64,000 nucleotides of DNA from Candidatus Micrarchaeia archaeon (lineage in GTDB: Archaea > Micrarchaeota > Micrarchaeia > Anstonellales > J096). The notes beneath the pieces are model-generated. The model was given only the letters and a program-made list of their open reading frames with translations. It searched no databases and was not told the origin of the DNA. The DNA is taken from contig JBGQMY010000002.1 in the NCBI GenBank assembly GCA_041500865.1, forward strand, positions 1,982-65,981, in the 5' to 3' direction. Numbering within the stretch: position 1 is the stretch's first letter; every line of letters starts with the position of its first letter. Position numbers and translations under genes: made by a program. This document shows, piece after piece, positions 1 through 8,974 of the stretch.

Positions 1-528
1 AAACCGGAAACGGAGGCAGGGAAAAGGCGCTCAGATGAAGGGGGAGAAAGATTCCTTGACAGCATGCTGCCGAAAGGCGAGACGCAGAAGCGGCTCAACA
101 GCCAGCTGCTGCTGGCAGCCCAGGACGGGCGCTATAATGAGATAAAAATCCTGCTTGAAACCGGCGCGGACGTGGAGGCAAGGAACCCCAGCGGCACGAC
201 CCCCCTGATTGTGGCGGTAAAGCATGGATATTCTGAAGTCTGCGCATTGCTGATTGGATGGAAGGCAAATGTCAATGCAAAGAGCAACAGCGGCGCGACT
301 GCGCTCATGCGGGCCGCATGGTTCGGACACACGAAAATCTGCGCGCTGCTGATAGAGAAAGGGGCGGATATTGGCGCAAGGGACACAGTTAATGGCTATA
401 TCGCTGCTGAAGCCGCTTTGAAGAGGGACACGGCCGCATTCCTCAAGTTCGCGGCATATGTTGATTCATCAATGGGCAAGGGCAGTTTCCGCATGTTTCT
501 GTCCGATGTCAGGGAGTGTGTCTCATGA
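1..528 (+). CDS. Ankyrin repeat protein, 5'-truncated by the window edge
   Basis: ANK repeats (GTTPLIVA, GATALMRA, GADVEA). The frame is open from base 1 (KPETEAGKRR...) up to the ATG at 64. C-terminus FLSDVRECVS. Confidence 0.9.
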   Translation, partial: KPETEAGKRRSDEGGERFLDSMLPKGETQKRLNSQLLLAAQDGRYNEIKILLETGADVEARNPSGTTPLIVAVKHGYSEVCALLIGWKANVNAKSNSGATALMRAAWFGHTKICALLIEKGADIGARDTVNGYIAAEAALKRDTAAFLKFAAYVDSSMGKGSFRMFLSDVRECVS

Positions 529-737
529 ATCGGCTCCAAATAGGAAAAAAGGAGGCGATGCAAAAGCCAGACCTGTCCAACAAAAAGCCTGAACCTGAGG
601 CGGGAAAAAGGCTCGTTGATGAGAGCTAGTGGCCTGGCGCATACATCACATTCGTGGCTTTTGCGCCAAATATTTTAGCGGACAAAAGAATATCCAATTC
701 ATTCTTTTCAATGTTCAAGGCATGCATCAGGAACTAG
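525..737 (+). pseudogene. Degenerate ankyrin-family remnant keeping only the N-leader and C-terminal motif
   Basis: Translates as MNRLQIGKKEAMQKPDLSNKKPEPEAGKRLVDES*WPGAYITFVAFAPNILADKRISNSFFSMFKACIRN*, with an in-frame TAG at 627-629. Both ends resemble the other ANK paralogs; no ANK repeats are present. Confidence 0.6.
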
Positions 738-1492
738 CCGCTCGCCAGCTCAGTTATCATGTGGCCTTTCTTCCTTCCCAAATCCATGTACCTTACGCCC
801 AAGTCAAAGAAGAACACAAGGCTGGACCTTGTGCATATGACCTTGCCGTTTACGCAGTCCGACGGCTCGGCTGATTCAAAGGACTGGAGCGGGTTGTGGG
901 AAATGACCGGGTTTGCAACAAGGGCAGGGCCTGCGTAGTTGTCCCCCTTTATGTCTTCCATGCCTTTCCTCAATGCGCTGATGTTGTCCTTTTCAATCAG
1001 CTTGTCTGACGCGCTGGCGCTGTTGGCAAAGCCGTATGCCTTTTGCAGGTATTGCTCAATGCCATACGCCTCCTTCATTCCTCTCACGCGAGCCACTTCG
1101 GCATAATACCTTGCGCCCTGCTCATACGTCCTTATGCCTATCCTGTCTGCCCTCGTCACCCCGCACTTGACCTTGGAGCCGAAGACCGCAAGATAGACGG
1201 AATACTCAAAGTCCTTTATCTGCGCGAACTTCTCCTCGTAGCCGCGCTCGTCTGCGCAGGCGTACAGGTGGGTTATGTCCTTCCCCCTGCATGAGGGACA
1301 CTGGGAAACGCCAGGGGCCTGGTCCTCGCACCTGGAATACCTTTCCCCGTCAAAATAGCCCTTGCAGAACCTGTTTCCAGAAAAGCCCAAGTTCAGCTTC
1401 TTTCCGACGTTCAGTGTGAATGTGTCGACAGAGTCGCCTTCGCCCCAGTAGCTGAGCTCCCTCTTCAGGGCGTTGAACCCTATCATCTGCAT
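734..1492 (-). CDS. DUF2797-like protein
   Basis: Cys pattern (FCKG...RC...QCPSC), SVYLA, KCGVT and EQGA motifs typical of DUF2797. Confidence 0.7.
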   Translation of the reverse strand: MQMIGFNALKRELSYWGEGDSVDTFTLNVGKKLNLGFSGNRFCKGYFDGERYSRCEDQAPGVSQCPSCRGKDITHLYACADERGYEEKFAQIKDFEYSVYLAVFGSKVKCGVTRADRIGIRTYEQGARYYAEVARVRGMKEAYGIEQYLQKAYGFANSASASDKLIEKDNISALRKGMEDIKGDNYAGPALVANPVISHNPLQSFESAEPSDCVNGKVICTRSSLVFFFDLGVRYMDLGRKKGHMITELASG

Positions 1493-1578
1493 GGCCTTAG
1501 AGGGTCGGGAAGCATTTAAATACCGGAGCAGACCCCGTTGCCAACGCGTTTTTAACTTATTTGGCGCATAATTAAGCT

Positions 1579-2517
1579 ATGAAGCAGGAAGTGAAGCCGA
1601 TCCAAAAGAATGTGCCGGCAAAGAGACGGGTTAAACTCAAAGCAGACATCGCGCCAAGCGGGAAGCTGAAATTATCTGCAAAAAAGCAGGAGCGGCTTGA
1701 TGACAGGCTCGTTGAATCGGCAAGAGAAGGCAATATGGAAAATGTCAGGAGGCTGCTGAAGGCCGGCGCGGAGGTAAATTCAAGATACAACAGGAATACC
1801 GCGCTTATGAAAGCTGCACAATGGGGGCATGCGGAAATCTGCAGGCTGCTGATAAAGAGAGGCGTGGATGTAAACGCGCAGGACCATCATGGAGATACCG
1901 CGCTTATGAATGCCGCATGGGGCGGATACTCCGATATATGCAAGCTGCTGCTCGAAAATGGCGCAATTATGGCCATAAAGACATATGCGTATCACGGAAT
2001 CGAAGGCGAAAACGCGCTCCAGAGAGCGGCGAGAGGCATCGAATGGCACGACGACAAGGATGAGGCATGGCATTTCCTCAAGAACAGCGTCGATTTCGTG
2101 GCGGCTGCTTCAAAAGACAACATTGCGGAAATCAGGAGGCTGCTGAAGGCCGGCGCAGACATCGAGGCAAGGAACGAGTTTGGCTGGACGGCGCTAGTGC
2201 ATGCCGCAGCAGACGGGCGCAAAAACACATGCCTCCTGCTGATTGAGAATGGCGCAAACGTCAATGCAAGAGACGGCAACGGCAGAACCCCGCTGATGCA
2301 TGCGGCGCGCAACGGGCACACGGATATCTGCGCGCTGCTGATTGAGAATGGCGCAAAGGTCAAGTTAAAGGACAAGGCCGGCAACACCGCGCTCATGTGG
2401 GCCAAAGACCGCGGCAAAAAGGAGACTGCCGCATTCATTGTTACATCGTGGCTTTTCAAGGACATGGAAGCGTTCCGTCCGTTCTATTCCGCGTTCAGGG
2501 AATGCACAGGCGCTTGA
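1579..2517 (+). CDS. Ankyrin repeat protein
   Basis: Two blocks of ANK repeats (TALMKAA, GDTALMNAA, GWTALVHAA, GRTPLMHAA), basic leader KLKADIAPSGK, C-terminus FYSAFRECTGA. Confidence 0.95.
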   Translation: MKQEVKPIQKNVPAKRRVKLKADIAPSGKLKLSAKKQERLDDRLVESAREGNMENVRRLLKAGAEVNSRYNRNTALMKAAQWGHAEICRLLIKRGVDVNAQDHHGDTALMNAAWGGYSDICKLLLENGAIMAIKTYAYHGIEGENALQRAARGIEWHDDKDEAWHFLKNSVDFVAAASKDNIAEIRRLLKAGADIEARNEFGWTALVHAAADGRKNTCLLLIENGANVNARDGNGRTPLMHAARNGHTDICALLIENGAKVKLKDKAGNTALMWAKDRGKKETAAFIVTSWLFKDMEAFRPFYSAFRECTGA

Positions 2518-2556
2518 CCGCAAGGGTTAAAACAAAGCGCTGCAAAAAGCCAAATC

Positions 2557-3390
2557 GTGAAAGGCTACATCTCCTTTGTGCTGGTTTTCCTCATCATCGC
2601 ATCCGTAATAGCCATGGACATAACCATAGTCAGCATAGGCAGGAGGGACGGCTCGTTTGTCTCACAGCAAAGCGCATTCTACTCGGCGCTGGATGCTAAC
2701 AGGAGGATAGAGGAGGCCGCAAGTGTCGGAAGCGCAGGCGGCATAAGCGCTTACATTGCCTACAAGGCAGCCGAGCTTGCTGCATCCGGCGGGGCTTCAG
2801 CCGTTAAGGGCCTGGCAGAAAGCATAGACACCAATGAAATGGAGAAATGGTCCGATGCCGGGGCGGTCATTGCGCTTGACATGATGGCAAACAGGAACGA
2901 GACCAGCCCCGATGGGCAGGGATTCTACTGCACATGGGCGAACAAGGGTGAGATAGACGACGCGATGTCAGCGACGGTGACGGATGGCACGCTTTACCTG
3001 CCAACCAGGACAATGGGGCTGAACCTCGGCAACTGCGCCTCATTTCCGCACACCATCATAAAGTCGTTTGCAAAAATCACCGATGATGACGCGGAACAGC
3101 TCAAGTCCGGGAACCTTAGCGCGCTGGACATAGAGGTCTCGCTGTATGATGAGGAAAACGAGACAAACGGATTCAGGCAGGGCTGGATGGCCCATCTTTA
3201 CTACGACGGCGAAGGCCGCATCGCGGGACTGTCGGAATTTCCGCCGGAAAGGGAAATGAAAATCCTGTCTGTCGAAAGCCCCGTCGTCAAAATATTCATC
3301 AACCAGAGCTACGGCTGGCAAAGCGTGCTTAACGACAGGTATAATATAACAATCAACGAGACGATGCTCTCCGAAGCGCTGGCTCAGTGA
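2557..3390 (+). CDS. Exported/membrane protein with possible class III (pilin-like) signal peptide
   Basis: N-terminus MKG|YISFVLVFLIIASVIA (basic residue, Gly, hydrophobic helix). N-x-S/T sequons present. Confidence 0.55.
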   Translation: MKGYISFVLVFLIIASVIAMDITIVSIGRRDGSFVSQQSAFYSALDANRRIEEAASVGSAGGISAYIAYKAAELAASGGASAVKGLAESIDTNEMEKWSDAGAVIALDMMANRNETSPDGQGFYCTWANKGEIDDAMSATVTDGTLYLPTRTMGLNLGNCASFPHTIIKSFAKITDDDAEQLKSGNLSALDIEVSLYDEENETNGFRQGWMAHLYYDGEGRIAGLSEFPPEREMKILSVESPVVKIFINQSYGWQSVLNDRYNITINETMLSEALAQ

Positions 3391-4352
3391 AGCGCCTCAA
3401 TGTACTTCCCTGCCTCATGGCCTGCTATGGCGCCTTCCGCAGCCGCGGTTATAGCCTGCTTGAACGGGCTGCCCCTTACGTCGCCTGCAACGTATATGCC
3501 AGGGGTCTTGGTCTCCATCCTATCGTTGGCAATTATGTAGCCGTTGGCATCCAGTTCCACAAGCCCCTTGAGCAGGCCGGAGTTCGGCTCCATGCCGATG
3601 TAAACGAAAACGCCGTCGCATGCGAAATCGGATGTTTTTCCTGTCTTGGCGTCCTTAAGCCTAATGCCAGTTAGTTTTTCACTGCCCAAAATCTCAATGA
3701 CCTCGGAATCCCAGATGAACGACATCCTTGGGTTTGCGAAGGCGCGTTCCTGTATAACCTTGTCAGCCTTGAGCGCATCCCTCCTGTGTATCAATGTAAC
3801 TTTTTCAGCGAACCTTGTGAGGTATATGGCCTCGTCAACCGCGGAGTTTCCGCCGCCTATCACTGCGACGCGCTTGCTCTTGAAGAACGGCGCGTCGCAG
3901 ACTGCGCAGAAGCTCACCCCCTTGGCAAAGAATTTGTCTTCGCCCGGGACATTGAGCCTCTTGTATGTTGCACCGGATGCGAATATGACCGCCTTTGCCG
4001 TATAAGTCGCTTTTGGCGTTTCAACCTCCTTTGTTTTGCCCTTGTCCCTTATGGCGGAAACCGGCTCGGCCATCCTTATCATGGCGCCGAACGATTCAGC
4101 CGCCTTTCCCATGGATTCTCCGAGACCCTCGCCGCTTATGCTGCCGATGCCTGGATAGTCCTCAACTGCGCCGGTTGTAGCTATCTGGCCGCCTGGCACT
4201 GCGCCCTTGTCAAGGACAAGCGTCTTTAGCTTTGCCCTTGCGGCATACAGCGCGGCAGACAGGCCCGCGGGCCCTGCGCCTATTATGATGACGTCCCAGC
4301 CTGAATCGGCCTTCTGCAACGACTTTGCGAACGACATGTCAAATGCTCCCAT
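3384..4352 (-). CDS. trxB: Thioredoxin reductase
   Basis: GAGPAG FAD motif, redox-active CAVC, GGGNSA NADPH motif, HRRD, YVAGD. Confidence 0.95.
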   Translation of the reverse strand: MGAFDMSFAKSLQKADSGWDVIIIGAGPAGLSAALYAARAKLKTLVLDKGAVPGGQIATTGAVEDYPGIGSISGEGLGESMGKAAESFGAMIRMAEPVSAIRDKGKTKEVETPKATYTAKAVIFASGATYKRLNVPGEDKFFAKGVSFCAVCDAPFFKSKRVAVIGGGNSAVDEAIYLTRFAEKVTLIHRRDALKADKVIQERAFANPRMSFIWDSEVIEILGSEKLTGIRLKDAKTGKTSDFACDGVFVYIGMEPNSGLLKGLVELDANGYIIANDRMETKTPGIYVAGDVRGSPFKQAITAAAEGAIAGHEAGKYIEALH

Positions 4353-4404
4353 GATGGGGATTTGCCTGGAAACCTTTTAAACTGTTGTCCGCTTCCTTTT
4401 GGGC

Positions 4405-5025
4405 ATGGACGAGGCAATGGCCGTTTTCTGGAAGATAGCGGCGGTGCTGATTGCGCTTAACGCGGTTATCCTGCTGCCGCTTGTTGCCGTGCCGATGTAC
4501 GTTGACCATAAGACGATAGCGACCGCGGTCTTCATGCTTTATTCGCCCACGTGCCACCAGTACATCTCAAGGAGCTACTGCTTCTTCGAGTCAAACGCAA
4601 GCTGGGGCTTCGGGGACTGCATAATCAACGGGTCGCACCCCCTGGTCATAACCGAATTCACGCCTTCAAAGATGAACTACAGCGGGGCTTTCGTTTTCAG
4701 CAGGGGCGAGATAGGCGTCAACAGGGCCGACGTTGTCTTTTACGATGACAGGATAGGGTTCAAGATGCCTGTCTGCGCAAGGGACTTCGGCATTTACCTG
4801 GGCTCCTTGCTCGGCATGGCGGCTTTCCTGCTTTTCAGGGACAGGATTAGGCCCATGGGCCTGCCTGTGTATATACTGTTCCTTGTGCCCTTGGTTATTG
4901 ACGGGTTCATGCAGCTCCTTACCGGCTATGAGTCAACCAACATGATAAGGCTTGTTACGGGATTAATTGCAGGCGGCGCGTCAGGGGTGGCGCTGCTCAG
5001 CATCATTTATCCAAGAAAGAAATAG
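4405..5025 (+). CDS. DUF2085-family membrane protein
   Basis: CHQ..RS, PVCARD.G.Y.G and P..IDG..Q...YES.N..R..TG motifs; several TM segments. Confidence 0.8.
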   Translation: MDEAMAVFWKIAAVLIALNAVILLPLVAVPMYVDHKTIATAVFMLYSPTCHQYISRSYCFFESNASWGFGDCIINGSHPLVITEFTPSKMNYSGAFVFSRGEIGVNRADVVFYDDRIGFKMPVCARDFGIYLGSLLGMAAFLLFRDRIRPMGLPVYILFLVPLVIDGFMQLLTGYESTNMIRLVTGLIAGGASGVALLSIIYPRKK

Positions 5026-5749
5026 CGCCAATGCACCCGCGGAAGTCTGAAAGGAACGGTTTTATGTTTTCTACTTCAATTATGTCTCCCAGCAGTTCGA
5101 TTGATTTTAGGAACTGCGCGGTTTGGATGCGCCCTTTGTTTTCGGCGTATTGCAAAGCCGTCCTTTTGCAATTGTCATTTATTGCAATCAGTTCCTTTGC
5201 GTTTCCGCCGGCTTTTGCGTATTCTTCTATCAGCAGGAGGCAGGCTTGGGTGTGCCCGTAGAATGCGGCGAGGTGCAGGGCAGTATAGCCTTCATTGTCC
5301 TTTGCGATTATGAGGTCCTTTGCATCCCCGCCGGCTTTTGCGTATTCCCTTATGAGCAGTTCGCAGGTTTCAATGTGCCCCTTCATTGCGGCCCAGTGCA
5401 GGGCTGTGTTGCCGTTTTTCTCCTTTGCGGCGATGAACTTATTTATGTTTCGGCCTGATTTTGTGTATTTTTCTATAATCAGGATGCAGGTTTCGGTGTG
5501 TCCGTAGCTTGCGGCATTATGCAAGGCAGTCCAACCATAACTATCCTTTGCGGCGATGCTTGCGCCGGTTTTTATGAGCCTCAATATCTTTGAGTTTTCG
5601 CCATCAGATGCGGCTTTGATGAGCAGATTGTCAAGCCTTCTTCCAATAAACAGCCTCTTTATCGGCTGCGCAGCCGATATCAGTACCTCTCTTGTGCGCT
5701 CCCAATGTCTTTGGGGTTTGTTTGCCTGCTGCTCTTGGCGCTGTGCCAT
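5003..5749 (-). CDS. Ankyrin repeat protein with elongated ~43-aa repeats
   Basis: GWTALHNAA, GNTALHWAA, GYTALHLAA repeats each carrying an EYAKAGG..K.LI-type insert; tail FLSDFRGCIGA. Start set at ATG 5749 from TATA spacing. Confidence 0.93.
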   Translation of the reverse strand: MAQRQEQQANKPQRHWERTREVLISAAQPIKRLFIGRRLDNLLIKAASDGENSKILRLIKTGASIAAKDSYGWTALHNAASYGHTETCILIIEKYTKSGRNINKFIAAKEKNGNTALHWAAMKGHIETCELLIREYAKAGGDAKDLIIAKDNEGYTALHLAAFYGHTQACLLLIEEYAKAGGNAKELIAINDNCKRTALQYAENKGRIQTAQFLKSIELLGDIIEVENIKPFLSDFRGCIGAISFLDK

Positions 5750-5799
5750 GCTGTTATTGTGCGGCAAACGGTTTAAAACTTAACCTCACAAAGCCCCTC

Positions 5800-6930
5800 A
5801 TGGCATCAGAAAACCCGCTGGACATACACAAGGCGCTGAAAGGGAAGATAACCGTCAAAGGCAAAAGGGACATAAAGAGCATGGCAGACCTTGCCGTGCT
5901 TTACACGCCAGGCGTCGCCGAGCCGTGCAAGCTCATCGCAAAGGACAAGAAGCTAGTTTATGAATACACGATGAAAGGCAACACAGTTGCCATTGTCAGC
6001 GACGGCACAAGGGTGCTGGGCCTTGGCGACATCGGGCCTGAGGCCGCGTTGCCTGTCATGGAAGGCAAGGCGCTAATCATGCAGCAGTTCGGGAACATAG
6101 ACGCATTCCCGATATGCCTGGACACAAAGGATGCTGAGGAAATCATAAGGACGGTCAAGGCCATTGCACCTGTTTTCGGCGCGATAAACCTTGAGGACAT
6201 CGAGACGCCAAAGGTTTTCTACATTGAGGAAAGGCTCACAAACGAACTGGACATACCTGTTTTCCATGACGACCAGCACGGAACCGCCATGGTCGTGCTC
6301 GCAGGGCTTTACAACGCACTAAAAGTGACAGGAAAAGGCCAGGGCATCAAGATAGGCATAGTTGGCGCAGGCAGCGCAGGCTACGCAATTTCAAAATTAT
6401 TGAATGCGGCAGGGTTCAGGGATTTGGTTGTGTTTGACAGCCAAGGCGCGATCTACAAAGGCAGGCCCAATTTGGAGGAATACAAAAATGTGCTTGCGGC
6501 ATTCAATTCATCGGGCTTCAAGGGCAAATTAATTGAGTTCAAGGGCGCGGATTTCATAGTGTCTGCAGCATCGCCGGGCGCATTGCCGCTTGAAACTATA
6601 AAGGCTATGAAAAAGCCAAACATCGTGTTCTCATTGTCCAACCCAGTGCCGGAGATATCGTACCAGCAGTCAAAGGAGCTTGGCATAGACATTTTCGGCA
6701 CAGGCAGGAGCGATTACCCGAACCAAATAAACAATTCAGTATGCTTCCCGGGATTTTTGAGGGCATTATTGGACTTGAGAGTGAAAAAAATAACGAACGA
6801 AATGAAGATAGCGGCTGCAAAAGGCATAGCAGAAACGGTCCAAAATCCGAACAGGGAAAGGATAATCCCTGACGTTTTTGACAAAAGCGTTGTGCCTAAC
6901 ATCCTGCGCAAAGTGAAGGAAGCGGTTTAA
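5800..6930 (+). CDS. NAD(P)-dependent malic enzyme
   Basis: YTPGVAEPC, VLGLGDIGP.A.LPVMEGKA, INLEDI, FHDDQHGTA, GAGSAG, TGRSDYPNQINN. Confidence 0.95.
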   Translation: MASENPLDIHKALKGKITVKGKRDIKSMADLAVLYTPGVAEPCKLIAKDKKLVYEYTMKGNTVAIVSDGTRVLGLGDIGPEAALPVMEGKALIMQQFGNIDAFPICLDTKDAEEIIRTVKAIAPVFGAINLEDIETPKVFYIEERLTNELDIPVFHDDQHGTAMVVLAGLYNALKVTGKGQGIKIGIVGAGSAGYAISKLLNAAGFRDLVVFDSQGAIYKGRPNLEEYKNVLAAFNSSGFKGKLIEFKGADFIVSAASPGALPLETIKAMKKPNIVFSLSNPVPEISYQQSKELGIDIFGTGRSDYPNQINNSVCFPGFLRALLDLRVKKITNEMKIAAAKGIAETVQNPNRERIIPDVFDKSVVPNILRKVKEAV

Positions 6931-7469
6931 CGCACGGTTTTTTCCCCAATCAGCCTTGAAAGGGTCAATTCCTCGCGCTTCTTTGAAAGGAAGCCTGAAA
7001 CTGAGGTGTGCATCGCCCCCTTTATCAGCATGCTGATTGCCTCTTCTGCATACGCTATGGAATCCGTGGGCGCTATTATGCCCACAGTATTGCCGTAAAC
7101 CGCAATGTGGCAGTCAACCATCCTTTCTATCTCTTTCTTGACTGTGCCTTCCTTGCCTATGATGCGGCCCTTGACCCGATGGACCGAGTTTTCAGTGTTG
7201 CAGAACTCGTTGAGGTCGACAAGGTGGAACATGTAGTCCTTCTCTATTATATATAGCGCAATTTCCGGAGAAAAGCCCCTGCCAATGGCCTTTATGACGT
7301 TCTTGCCGAAGTATATCTTGTCAGATGCCCCTTCCATGAGCACGGTGCCGTCATTATGGATAATAAGTTTCAGGCCTAGATTCTTCTCAAGCATCTTCTG
7401 CGTGGCCCCGGCCTTGCCGATGAGCCAGCCAACCCTTTCCTCAGGAACCTTTATGATGTTTTGGTCCAT
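6927..7469 (-). CDS. KH-domain RNA-processing protein (Dim2/Pno1-like)
   Basis: LIGKAG, AIGRGFSPE, KGRIIGKEG motifs; rio1 neighbourhood; GGTGA SD before ATG 7469. Confidence 0.88.
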   Translation of the reverse strand: MDQNIIKVPEERVGWLIGKAGATQKMLEKNLGLKLIIHNDGTVLMEGASDKIYFGKNVIKAIGRGFSPEIALYIIEKDYMFHLVDLNEFCNTENSVHRVKGRIIGKEGTVKKEIERMVDCHIAVYGNTVGIIAPTDSIAYAEEAISMLIKGAMHTSVSGFLSKKREELTLSRLIGEKTVR

Positions 7470-7491
7470 CTTTTCACCCACAAGCCCTGCC

Positions 7492-8259
7492 TCATGAACT
7501 TTTATGGCGCTTTGGCTTGCCTTCCTTTTCGCCCACGAGCTTCTGCAGCAGCGCCTTGACCGTTTCGTCAGTCTCCAGCTCCAAGGCCCTTGCAGCGGCG
7601 TCAGAGATTTCCTTGTCCTTCTTGGCAGTCATGAGGGCAAGCGCGGCTATCTTCCGCACCTCAATGTCCCAGTCGTCCAGGAAGCCCGCGAATATTGACT
7701 TAACGTCTGAATCATTGGCATACTCGGCAAGCATGCCCAGTGCCATATACTGCTTCTCCCCTATGTCGTTCCTTGCGACCTCCTTTATCTGGCCAAGGAA
7801 TGCGGAAACGGTTTCCGGAGAGGCCTTCTTCAGCGCCTTCAGCATCTCAAGGCCGGCGTCCTCGTCGGCAATCAGCTCCCTGACAATGCCCTCGGCCGCC
7901 TTTACCTCCTCAATGAACCTTGAAAGCCCGACAGTCATGTATATGGAGCCGGACGAGTCCCTTATGAGGTTCTTTATGCAGTCGGTGCAGCCCAGGCGGA
8001 AAAGCAGCCTCAGGACGATGTATGCGAGCGTTCCCCTCGTGACCTGGGCGAACATGACTGACTTGCTGTCAGTCAGATGCTTGACCGCGATGTTCTGGAT
8101 GATGTGCGGGTCGTCCCCTTTTATCTTATCAATGGCGGCATCCTCGCCGCCTTCCACGTACGCCTTTACTGCAGACCAGAATATGTCCGACGTGTTCCTT
8201 TCGTGAAGAGCGTCCCTGAACCTCCATTTAGACTCGGATTCATTTGCCAAATCAGACAC
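7492..8259 (-). CDS. Helical protein with C-terminal HEAT-like repeats
   Basis: LDDWDIEVRKIAALAL and ETDETVKALL segments; overlaps the rio1 stop. Confidence 0.6.
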   Translation of the reverse strand: MSDLANESESKWRFRDALHERNTSDIFWSAVKAYVEGGEDAAIDKIKGDDPHIIQNIAVKHLTDSKSVMFAQVTRGTLAYIVLRLLFRLGCTDCIKNLIRDSSGSIYMTVGLSRFIEEVKAAEGIVRELIADEDAGLEMLKALKKASPETVSAFLGQIKEVARNDIGEKQYMALGMLAEYANDSDVKSIFAGFLDDWDIEVRKIAALALMTAKKDKEISDAAARALELETDETVKALLQKLVGEKEGKPKRHKSS

Positions 8260-8974
8260 CAGACGATATTTCGCTGAACAGTTCCTGCGGATTGGACTTT
8301 AGACCGATTGATTTTTTAAAGAATGCTGAAAGGTTGGCAAGGTCCCGCATAAGGAACTCCTTTGCCTTGGGGTGCCTTATGCTCACGCCCTCGCTGAGGT
8401 CTATTATGTATGGCCTGTCGCCCAGCAGTATGTTGTACTCGCTCAGGTCGGAATGCACTATGCCGCCCTTCCACAGGCTCTTCACTGAGCGGATTATCGC
8501 ATAAAAGTCGTCCTCTATGACATCCGGCTTCACGTCAGCCATCTTCGCGAACGGAAGCCCGCCCTTCCCAAGGAATGTCATGACAACGACGTTGTCCTTC
8601 TGGCTTATTGGGCGGGGCGCGTCAACGCCCTCCTTTTCCGCAACAAGGAGGTTCTTGTACTCCTTTTGCGCGAAAAGCCGTATGATGTTGTAGCCTGTCA
8701 GCTTTGCCTTCTTGAACCTCGGGTCGCCCTGCAGGTAGTCCATCTTTTTTATGAACCTGGACGTCTCGTTCCTGTATATTTTTATGGCAACGTAATCCTC
8801 CTTCATCCTTGCCCTGTACACGTTGGCCTCCTTTCCCGGCGATATCAAATAGTCCATCTTGGTGAACGCGCCCTCCTCCATGAGCTTTCCGAGCGTAATC
8901 AAGGTCCGCTTGTCAAAGACCAGGTCCTCTATCTTCCATTTTTCACCTGTCCTCTGGTCCCCCTCGGTGCTCAT
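8252..8974 (-). CDS. rio1: RIO1-family Ser kinase/ATPase
   Basis: SPGKEANVY, AIKIY, GDPRF, VHSDLSEYNIL, IIDLSE. Confidence 0.92.
   Translation of the reverse strand: MSTEGDQRTGEKWKIEDLVFDKRTLITLGKLMEEGAFTKMDYLISPGKEANVYRARMKEDYVAIKIYRNETSRFIKKMDYLQGDPRFKKAKLTGYNIIRLFAQKEYKNLLVAEKEGVDAPRPISQKDNVVVMTFLGKGGLPFAKMADVKPDVIEDDFYAIIRSVKSLWKGGIVHSDLSEYNILLGDRPYIIDLSEGVSIRHPKAKEFLMRDLANLSAFFKKSIGLKSNPQELFSEISSGV

Noticed and set aside
627..629. In-frame TAG as evidence of stop-codon reassignment or pyrrolysine
   Set aside because: TAG ends intact conserved genes in the window (for example rnz), a normal aRF1 is present and no pyl genes are seen; pseudogenisation is simpler.
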